Below are positions 19,573 to 26,785 of a DNA stretch of 38,323 nt, piece by piece. The notes beneath the pieces were generated by a model that worked only from the letters and a program-made list of their open reading frames with translations, had not been told where the DNA came from and ran no database searches. Numbering within the stretch: the stretch's first letter is position 1; the number at the start of each line of letters is the position of its first letter. This stretch comes from Acidobacteriota bacterium (lineage in GTDB: Bacteria; Acidobacteriota; Thermoanaerobaculia; Multivoradales; JAHEKO01): contig JAOTUP010000001.1 of assembly GCA_029863825.1 (NCBI GenBank), positions 1 to 38,323 of the forward strand. Reading direction: 5' to 3'. A program made the translations under genes and the position numbers.

Positions 19573-21483
19573 ATGGTGGGGGGTGACGTGTACGAAACGC
19601 TGATCTGGCTGGTGCCGATCTCGGTCGCTCTTGCCGGACTGTGGTGGCCGCGGGCCGGGCTCCTGGTCTTGGCGGCAACCTTGCCTCTTTTCGGAGCCCC
19701 GCCAGGCGGACCGTATCTTGGAGCTCTGGATGTCGCTGCCCTGGCTGCCATCGGTACCGGCTTGCGAGCGGGACGCAGCCGGCGCAGCTCGCTCGACGTC
19801 GGAGTACTGGCGGTTGTCGTCGTCACGCTGGCGGCGTTCTTTCCGCTTGCTTACAGGCCGCCGGACTGGTCACCCGGGACTCTCTTCAAGCTCATGACCA
19901 TGCTTCCGGGCGTCGAGAGCTGGTCGAGCCTCTATACATGGAGGGCTGTCGCGAACGTGCTGCTGGGAATCGGCCTCTATCTGTCCGTCAAGCGAGCGTT
20001 CGGACGCACGTCGCCGCTGGCATTGGGACGGGCTCTTGGTGTCGGACTGCTGGCGGTGCTGGGTCTCGGGTTCTTCGAGCTCGCAGGATGGATCGATCTC
20101 TCGGGCTATCGGCCGATAGGTTTGGCGATCTTCGACCAGCGATTTCATTCGCTCTTCTTTCACTCGGGATGGATGGCCGAGTTCGTAGTGCTGGCGACGC
20201 CGGTTGCCGTCGGGGCATGGGCGAGCGGGACACGCGCAAAACCGCGAGTTGCCGCAGCTCTGGCGTTTCTGGCACTGACGGCCGTTCTCCTCAGTGGGCA
20301 ACGGGGCGCCTGGTTTGCAGCCCTTTTTCAAGTGGTGATAGTGGCGGCCGTCCTGGGTCGCTCATTGCTTCACGGGCGGCGTCGCTGGCGTTTCGCGGCC
20401 GCTGGCGTGACGACGATGGCGGTCCTGGTGCTGGGCGTCGTGCTGGCGCGACCGGAGGTGGGTTCGTCGCTCGAAGAGCGGTTGGGAAACGCGACGAAGA
20501 ACCTCTCCAACCGGACGTTTGTCTGGAGAGCAGCGCTCGATATGGCCGGCGATCGCCCGCTCTTGGGCTGGGGAGCCGGGAGCTTTTCGCCGGTACTGGA
20601 TCTGGAAGTCCTGCCTGAAAGCTCCCAGGACTCGCGAGTTCCGGGCCGAGCGACGCTGGGACACCATCACGGCTGGCTCACGGCTCATAGCACGTACCTG
20701 ATGTTCCTGGCGGAACGTGGAGCTCTGGGGCTGGCCAGTCTTTTGTTGGTCGGGTGGCTCGCGGTGACGATCTCCGGGCGAGTCGTGCGTGACGACGCCT
20801 CGGCGTCGAGGGCTCTAGCTCTCGGACTTCTCATCAGTGCGGCGGGCTTTGCGATGTACGGAGTGGTTCAGTACCTCTTCTTCCCGCGGGCAAACGCCTT
20901 TCTCGTCTGGCTGCTCCTCGGCTCGGTGGCGACGCTCGACCCCGGTGTCACCGGACGCAAGGCGGTGCGGATCGGCCAAGCACTCATCGCGGCGGCGCTC
21001 ATCTTGCTGCCGTTGAGAGCCTTGGCGTGGGAACCGGCTCCGGCGCGGAGCGAGCAGAGCTTCGGCTTTCATCCCCCCGAGCACGGGGCGCAGAAGGCGA
21101 CGCATCAGTGGACCTCGGCGCGTCGCGCGGTCCGGCGTCTGGCGTGGGAGGATCAGGTTCTTCAGCTTGCGGTGGCCAACGGTCATCCGAAGGCCTCTGT
21201 CGAGCCGGTTCTGGTGGAAGTGCTGGTCGATGGAGCGGTGGTCAAGCAGTGTGTTGCCGGTGAGGGATGGCAGAAGCTGGGGATCTACCTGGGACCGCCG
21301 ACCAAAGACGCAGTGCTTCTCGAGATTGCGGTGAGCCGGACCTTCCGACCGTTCAGCGACTACCGGCGCTTCCCGGACCTTCCCGCGTCGCGCGATATTC
21401 GCCGACTCGGGATTGCCGTCGGCGAGATCTCCTGGACCAGCGCTCCGCAGACGATCGAGATTCCGGTGCCGAACTCGGAATGA
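19573..21483 (+). CDS. O-antigen ligase (Wzy_C) family membrane protein with C-terminal extension
   Basis: 636 aa and polytopic. SGQRGAWFA, RTFVWRAALDMAGDRPLLGWGAGSF and HSTYLMFLAERGALG form the Wzy_C block. A soluble tail of about 170 aa follows. Confidence 0.65.
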   Translation: MVGGDVYETLIWLVPISVALAGLWWPRAGLLVLAATLPLFGAPPGGPYLGALDVAALAAIGTGLRAGRSRRSSLDVGVLAVVVVTLAAFFPLAYRPPDWSPGTLFKLMTMLPGVESWSSLYTWRAVANVLLGIGLYLSVKRAFGRTSPLALGRALGVGLLAVLGLGFFELAGWIDLSGYRPIGLAIFDQRFHSLFFHSGWMAEFVVLATPVAVGAWASGTRAKPRVAAALAFLALTAVLLSGQRGAWFAALFQVVIVAAVLGRSLLHGRRRWRFAAAGVTTMAVLVLGVVLARPEVGSSLEERLGNATKNLSNRTFVWRAALDMAGDRPLLGWGAGSFSPVLDLEVLPESSQDSRVPGRATLGHHHGWLTAHSTYLMFLAERGALGLASLLLVGWLAVTISGRVVRDDASASRALALGLLISAAGFAMYGVVQYLFFPRANAFLVWLLLGSVATLDPGVTGRKAVRIGQALIAAALILLPLRALAWEPAPARSEQSFGFHPPEHGAQKATHQWTSARRAVRRLAWEDQVLQLAVANGHPKASVEPVLVEVLVDGAVVKQCVAGEGWQKLGIYLGPPTKDAVLLEIAVSRTFRPFSDYRRFPDLPASRDIRRLGIAVGEISWTSAPQTIEIPVPNSE

Positions 21484-21491
21484 GCGCGCCG

Positions 21492-21497
21492 TATACT
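21492..21497 (+). promoter_or_regulatory. candidate -10 element (TATACT) for tRNA-Ser
   Basis: TATACT ends 11 nt before the first tRNA nucleotide. No convincing -35 was found. The same decamer CGTATACTCT recurs at 22273-22282. Confidence 0.3.
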
Positions 21498-21508
21498 CTG
21501 CCCTGAGC

Positions 21509-21598
21509 GGAGGGGTGGCAGAGTGGTCGAATGCACCGGTCTTGAAAACCGGCGACCCTTCACGGGGTCCGCGGGTTCGAATCCCGCCCCCTCCGCCA
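21509..21598 (+). tRNA. tRNA-Ser (anticodon UGA), class II, CCA encoded
   Basis: Hand-folded. Acceptor GGAGGGG/CCCCTCC; 3-bp D stem GCA/TGC; anticodon stem CCGGT/ACCGG with loop CTTGAAA; long variable arm GACCC..GGGTC; T arm GCGGG-TTCGAAT-CCCGC; discriminator G plus CCA. 90 nt. Confidence 0.9.
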
Positions 21599-22087
21599 CG
21601 ACATGCGATGGCTAGCGGTAGAATCGTTGTCGTCGAACTGTGATGTTCGGAGCGTGGTCGGGATTCGAACCCGAGCGTCCCGAGCGCTTGTCGCGAGGGC
21701 GCCAGAAAGCACGTCGAACCGAAGGTCGCGCCGCGGCCTTCGAATCCCGCCCCCTCCGCCACGACATGCGATGGCTAGCGGTAGAATCGTTGTCATCAAA
21801 CTGTGATGTTCGGAGCGTGGTCAGGATTCGAACCCGAGCGTCCCGAGCGCTTGTCGCGAGGGCGCCAGCAAGCACGTCGAACCGAAGGTCGCGCAGCGGC
21901 CTTCGAATCCCGCCCCCTCCGCCACGACATGCGATGGCTAGCGGTAGAATCGTTGTCATCAAACTGTGATGTTCGGAGCGTGGTCGGTATTCGAACCCGA
22001 GCGTCCCGAGCGCTTGTCGCGAGGGCGCCAGCAAGCACGTCGAACCGAAGGTCGCGCAGCGGCCTTCGAATCCCGCCCCCTCCGCCA
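21599..22087 (+). repeat. three head-to-tail 163-bp tandem repeats, each ending in a copy of the last 23 nt of tRNA-Ser
   Basis: Units at 21599-21761, 21762-21924 and 21925-22087. The period was verified against three track ORF stops (21643, 21806, 21969) and the 22225 stop. Every unit ends TTCGAATCCCGCCCCCTCCGCCA. There are 2-6 substitutions between units. Confidence 0.9.
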
Positions 22088-22386
22088 GACCGTACGGGAT
22101 TCGAACCCGCCGTCTGCAAGAGCCGTGACCACATGAGCGCGCTCATGCTCGCAAGCAGTCTCACGTCGACAGTTGAAGATCTGGCCCCCTTATGGCCCCA
22201 CTCGCCGGGGACGGTGAGTCTCTGAAGGACGACTGGATGGACTGAGCCGGCGGAGTTTTTCGCGGGTCCTGACGTATACTCTCGGCCTCGATCGAGCGGG
22301 TTCACGAGCTGTGTCGATGGTCGGTGGTCACCGCCCGTGTGGAGTCACGGCTTTCTCATGCCTTGCGATCGATCGATGTCGCAGCC

Positions 22387-23688
22387 ATGACGTATCTCAA
22401 TCTCGTTTCGCTTCTCGGCTGGGTCGTGCTGTGCGGCCTGGCGTGGCTCATCGGCGGCGTCAAGCGGCCGCTACCGTGGCGGACGGTCCTGGGCTCGACG
22501 GCGCTCACTTTCGGCCTCGGAGCGGTGGTATTCCTGGTGCCGTTCAGCCGCCGACTCCTCCTGGTGCTGAACGAGATCATCCTCGTCGGTTTGGGGAGCA
22601 GCGCCAAGGGCGCCGTGTTTCTCCTCGGGCCGCTGGCCTTGAGCCCGGGGCAGAGCACTGCTGGCGGTGAGCCGTCGATCGGGTTCGTGCTCGCCGCACA
22701 GGTGCTGCCGGCGGTGATCTTCTTTGCCGCGTTGATGGGTGTTTTTCACCACCTCGGCCTCATCGAGCCGGTGGTGCGTTTCTTCGGTCGCATTTTTCAC
22801 CGCACCCTGGAGCTTTCGGGTGCCGAGGCGCTGACCGGCTCGGTCCATATGTTTTTCGGCGTCGAGACCGCAGCCGCGGTGCGGCCGTACCTCGGGACGA
22901 TGACTCGCTCGGAGCTGCTCGTGGTGTTGGCGTCGAACCTGTCGACGGTCGCTTCGACAACGCTTGCCGTCTACGTGATCTTCTTGCGCGATGTCTTCCC
23001 GCAGATTGCCGGCCACTTGGTGTCGGCATCACTTCTGTCGATACCCTGCTCGGTCCTGGCAGCAAAGCTCATGCTGCCGGAAACGGGTGTGCCCGAAACG
23101 CGAGGTGCGGTGCCGGAGATGGCGCGCGCCGAAAAGCACGGGAGTGTCATGGGAGCGCTGGCTGCCGGCGCTTGGGACGGACTCAAGGTGGCGGCGGGGA
23201 TCACCACGATTCTGATCGCTATTCTCGGCCTGGTCGGGGTGATCGATGTGATCCTGGCTTCGGCCGGTCGGCTCGTGCTTACCGATGCCGAACCCCTGAG
23301 CCTGGCGCGCCTCCTCGGGTGGGGTTTCATGCCGTTGGCCTGGCTCCTGGGGATCGAGCAGGGCGATTTCGCCCTCGCCGGTCGCCTGCTGGGTCAGCGT
23401 CTCGTCCTGACAGAGGTGGTGAGCTATCAGGAGCTCGGCGTCCTGGCGGCGGAGAACCGGTTTTCCCCGCGAACGCTTTTGGTGTTGTCGTACGCGCTCT
23501 GCGGCTTCGCGCACGTCGGCGGCATGGGGATTGCGGTAGGCGGCTTCGGAGCGCTGGCGCCGGAACGTCTCGACGATCTGGCAGGGCTCGGCCTGCGGGC
23601 GTTGGCGGCTGCCACACTGGCGACGCTCTTGACCGGGTGTGTCGCCGGCGTCTTCTACCACGGGCAGAGCGGTCTTCTCGGGCTGTAA
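22387..23688 (+). CDS. nupC: concentrative nucleoside transporter (NupC/CNT family)
   Basis: ATG at codon 22 of ORF 22324..23688. Polytopic, with a C-terminal LCGFAHVGGMGIAVGGFGALAPER block typical of CNT transporters. Confidence 0.75.
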   Translation: MTYLNLVSLLGWVVLCGLAWLIGGVKRPLPWRTVLGSTALTFGLGAVVFLVPFSRRLLLVLNEIILVGLGSSAKGAVFLLGPLALSPGQSTAGGEPSIGFVLAAQVLPAVIFFAALMGVFHHLGLIEPVVRFFGRIFHRTLELSGAEALTGSVHMFFGVETAAAVRPYLGTMTRSELLVVLASNLSTVASTTLAVYVIFLRDVFPQIAGHLVSASLLSIPCSVLAAKLMLPETGVPETRGAVPEMARAEKHGSVMGALAAGAWDGLKVAAGITTILIAILGLVGVIDVILASAGRLVLTDAEPLSLARLLGWGFMPLAWLLGIEQGDFALAGRLLGQRLVLTEVVSYQELGVLAAENRFSPRTLLVLSYALCGFAHVGGMGIAVGGFGALAPERLDDLAGLGLRALAAATLATLLTGCVAGVFYHGQSGLLGL

Positions 23689-23697
23689 GGGCAGGGG

Positions 23698-24519
23698 ATG
23701 AGAGGCATGGGAGCGAAACGAGGAAGTCCAGCCGACACTCCACCCACGGTCGAGGAACTCTTCGACCTGGCGAGTTGCGTCGCCCTGGTGACCGGCGCCG
23801 GACGCGGCATCGGTGCCGCTATCGCCCGGCGCTTCGGCGAGGCTGGAGCGGCGGTTGCGGTGCACTACAGGTCGAGCGCCGACGGTGCCCAGGCTCTTGT
23901 CGATGGTCTTTGCCGTGATGGCGGTCGAGCCGTAGCGCTGGCCGCCGAGCTCACCGACGGTCGGCAGGTCGAGCATCTCGTGGCGCAGGTCGTGGAGCAT
24001 CTCGGCCGCCTCGACATCCTCATCAACAATGCAGGCATCTACCCGCTGAGCCTGCTGACCGAGATGGCTGAGACGGAATGGGATGCGGTGATCGACGCCA
24101 ATCTGAAGAGTGTCTTTCTGGCAACGCAGGCAGCGGCGCGCATCATGATCGCTCAAGGCGAGGGCGGAGCTATCGTCAACGTGGCCTCAGTCGAAGGCCT
24201 GTCACCCGCACCGGCTCACAGCCACTACACCTCGGCCAAGGCGGGTGTCCTGATGCACACCCGCTCAGCAGCGCTCGAGCTGGGATCCGAGAACATTCGC
24301 GTGAACGCCGTGTCGCCGGGGCTCATCTGGCGACAGGGTCTCGAAGAGGAGTGGCCCGAGGGCGTGCAGCGATGGCGCGACACGGCGCCGCTCGGTCGCC
24401 TCGGTCGGCCGGAAGAGGTGGCAGATGCGTGCCTGTTTCTGGCGTCTCCGGCAGCGCGATGGATCACCGGAACGACGCTGCTGGTCGACGGCGGCGTGCT
24501 TGCGCGTCCGGTGTTCTAG
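23698..24519 (+). CDS. short-chain dehydrogenase/reductase (FabG-like)
   Basis: TGAGRGIGAAIA, NNAG and the catalytic YTSAKAG. Confidence 0.85.
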   Translation: MRGMGAKRGSPADTPPTVEELFDLASCVALVTGAGRGIGAAIARRFGEAGAAVAVHYRSSADGAQALVDGLCRDGGRAVALAAELTDGRQVEHLVAQVVEHLGRLDILINNAGIYPLSLLTEMAETEWDAVIDANLKSVFLATQAAARIMIAQGEGGAIVNVASVEGLSPAPAHSHYTSAKAGVLMHTRSAALELGSENIRVNAVSPGLIWRQGLEEEWPEGVQRWRDTAPLGRLGRPEEVADACLFLASPAARWITGTTLLVDGGVLARPVF

Positions 24520-24530
24520 GTCGTTGAGCG

Positions 24531-25322
24531 GTGAACAGAGAGATGCTGACCGGACGAACGATTGTGGTGACGGGCGCGGGCCAGGGCATCGGCTGCGGCA
24601 TTGCGTGCGCCGTGGCGGAGGCGGGCGGTCGCGTGGTGGCGACGGACCTGGATCTGGCTGCCGCCGAGGACACGATGCGTAGGGTCGAAGAGCTCGGTGG
24701 CAGCGGGACAGTGCATGCTGTCGACGTGACTGATCACACAGCGGTGTCGCAAGTGATCGATGACACCGTGAAGACCGTCGGCCAGCTCGACGGTTGGGTC
24801 AACAACGCCGGTGTCTTGCGCATGGGGCCGGCGCTCGAGGACGGGAGCGAGGCCGAGGACTGGGCGGCGCAGTTCGATGTCAACGCGCGCGCCGTCCTCA
24901 CCTGCTCGCGACTGGCAGCGCGGCAGATGGTGGCGCAGGGATCAGGCGGAGCGATTGTCAACGTGGCGTCGAATGCCGGGAAAGTCGGGTATCCCAACAT
25001 GGCGGTCTACAACGCCAGCAAGGCAGCGGTCATCAGCCTGACGCGCTCACTGGCGGCGGAGTGGGCCGAGCACGGAATCAATTGCAACGCGGTGTGCCCG
25101 GGAGGGGTCGACACGCCGATGCTCTCTCAGGTGGCGGGTTGGATCGGTGAGCGGGAAGGCGTGGATCCGGCGGAGCTCCTGCCGCTGATGAGACCGGCCC
25201 AACTCGGACGTCACATTCAGCCGATCGAGGTCGGACGGGTGGTTGCCTTTCTCCTCTCCGAGAGCGCGACGATCATTCGCGGTCAGTCGATCAACGTCGA
25301 CGGCGGGGATACGCCGTATTAG
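24531..25322 (+). CDS. short-chain dehydrogenase/reductase
   Basis: TGAGQGIGCGIA, NNAG, YNASKAA and PGGVDTPM. Confidence 0.85.
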   Translation: MNREMLTGRTIVVTGAGQGIGCGIACAVAEAGGRVVATDLDLAAAEDTMRRVEELGGSGTVHAVDVTDHTAVSQVIDDTVKTVGQLDGWVNNAGVLRMGPALEDGSEAEDWAAQFDVNARAVLTCSRLAARQMVAQGSGGAIVNVASNAGKVGYPNMAVYNASKAAVISLTRSLAAEWAEHGINCNAVCPGGVDTPMLSQVAGWIGEREGVDPAELLPLMRPAQLGRHIQPIEVGRVVAFLLSESATIIRGQSINVDGGDTPY

Positions 25323-25456
25323 CGACCGGCAGCAGCACGTTGCAGTCGGATTTCGGGAGCGGTCCACAGTCGAGAATCTCGCGCTGCCGCTCGAGTCTGA
25401 TGTTGCACTTCCACTCGAGACAGGAGACAGTCGACGCGTCGAAAGGCAAGAGGCGG

Positions 25457-26110
25457 ATGAGCGATAAAGACACCTGTCAGCCTGATCGTGTCTCCGACCA
25501 AGACTGCGACGGCATTGAGGAAGGCGACACGGCACCCCCGAAGTGGTCGTTGTGGACCCTCGGGGGTGTCGTTGTCTTCGCGGTCGCCTCCTGGTTCGCA
25601 TTTCACACCTGCGGCCGGGCGGAAGATCCGGTCGCGGAGTACGAACCTGCAGTTGAGACGCCGGCCGACTCTGTGGCCGATCTCGACGCGCGGGGTCTGA
25701 CTGAGGAAGATCTCATCCGCATGAGTAACGACTCCGAGATGCTGCGGACGGGACGCGAGGTCTACGAACACCTCTGCCAGGTATGCCACCTGTCGCAGGG
25801 TCAAGGTCTCGTCGGGCCGAACCTCACGGACGATTACTGGATTCACGGCGGTCGGGCCGTAGATATTCACAACACGATCGTCATGGGTGTCGTCGACAAG
25901 GGCATGGCGGCTTGGGGCCGACAGCTCGGATCCGAGCGCGTCGACGCGGTTGTTGCTCACTTGTTGACCTGGCGTGGAAAGAACATCGAAGGCAAGGAAC
26001 CGCAAGGCGAGATCTGGAAGCCGCGGGACGAGGGTGAAGCGCCAGAAGAGGTCGAGGGCTTGGGAGAGGGGAATGCCGACAGCGATTCTGGAAACCAAGC
26101 GGTTGAGTGA
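25457..26110 (+). CDS. membrane-anchored monohaem c-type cytochrome (CcoP/FixP first-domain-like)
   Basis: ATG at codon 40 of ORF 25340..26110. TM helix WSLWTLGGVVVFAVASWFAF, a single CQVCH, then GPNLTDDYWIHGG and MAAWG. Acidic C-terminal tail. Confidence 0.65.
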   Translation: MSDKDTCQPDRVSDQDCDGIEEGDTAPPKWSLWTLGGVVVFAVASWFAFHTCGRAEDPVAEYEPAVETPADSVADLDARGLTEEDLIRMSNDSEMLRTGREVYEHLCQVCHLSQGQGLVGPNLTDDYWIHGGRAVDIHNTIVMGVVDKGMAAWGRQLGSERVDAVVAHLLTWRGKNIEGKEPQGEIWKPRDEGEAPEEVEGLGEGNADSDSGNQAVE

Positions 26111-26230
26111 TGAATCGGAGATTCTTGAACAAGCTGCGGAGATGACGTGAGCGAGAAGACCGCCGGAGCCAGGCCGGGTTGTCGGGTGCGACACATCTAG
26201 CGAGAGCAACTCCGGAGAAGGCGAGGAAAC

Positions 26231-26761
26231 GTGGACCACTTGAAGATCCGAGACGCCGCTCTCGACGACGCCACGGTTATCGCCGAGATCTACAACGAGT
26301 CGATTGCCGCTGGCGACTCGACGATGATCGACGAGGCGAAGACCGCAGAGTCGATCTGCCGGCAGATGTCGGCGTTCGGCTCACGCGAGTGCTTCCTCCT
26401 GCTCGAGCGAGACGGCGGTGTGGTGGGCTGGGCGGTCATCAAGCGGTATAGCAACCGCTCGGGCTATCGCTATGCCTGCGAGACCTCGACATTCCTTCGT
26501 CGAAGCGAGGTTCGAAAAGGTCTGGGCACCCACCTCGCGCGAGCGGTGATCGAGCGCTGCAAGGTGTACGCGTACCATCATCTCGTGGCACGGGTTTTTG
26601 CCGACAACGCGGCAAGCATCGAGTTTCACAAGCACGTGGGGTACGAGCTTGTCGGCATTCAGCGGGAGATTGGGTTCAAGAATGGGCACCGGAAGGATGT
26701 CGCCGTGATGCAGCTTGTTCTGGACGATGAGTCGCAGTCTGTCCCGGGAGACGTGAGCTAA
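26231..26761 (+). CDS. GNAT acetyltransferase, phosphinothricin/YncA-like
   Basis: GTG start. IRDAALDDATVIAEIYNESI, GWAVIKRYSNRSGYRYACETSTFL, RKGLGTHLARAVI and FHKHVGYELVGIQREIGFKNG. Confidence 0.8.
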   Translation: MDHLKIRDAALDDATVIAEIYNESIAAGDSTMIDEAKTAESICRQMSAFGSRECFLLLERDGGVVGWAVIKRYSNRSGYRYACETSTFLRRSEVRKGLGTHLARAVIERCKVYAYHHLVARVFADNAASIEFHKHVGYELVGIQREIGFKNGHRKDVAVMQLVLDDESQSVPGDVS

Positions 26762-26785
26762 GGCGCTCTTGCGGCACCGCCCGGG

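Noticed and set aside
20815-21762. 315-aa minus-strand ORF
   Set aside because: It is antisense to the O-antigen-ligase-like gene and runs straight through the tRNA-Ser and the first repeat unit, so it is not credible as coding.
21599-22087. Possible CRISPR array
   Set aside because: The units are contiguous 163-bp repeats with no unique spacers between them. There are no cas genes. The repeat ends are tRNA-derived.
21603-22225. Several overlapping 67-140 aa ORFs on both strands across the repeat array (e.g. 21603..21806, 21640..21969, 21803..22225, 21612..22034)
   Set aside because: They exist only because the repeat lacks stops. The 163-bp period is not divisible by 3, so each unit is read in a different frame. 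The peptides are low-complexity (RIPPPPPRHA...).
21400-22400. Integrated mobile element at the tRNA-Ser locus
   Set aside because: No integrase, excisionase, transposase or phage-like ORF lies anywhere between the tRNA and nupC or elsewhere in the window. Only the short att-like repeats are present, so I report the repeats and not a mobile element.
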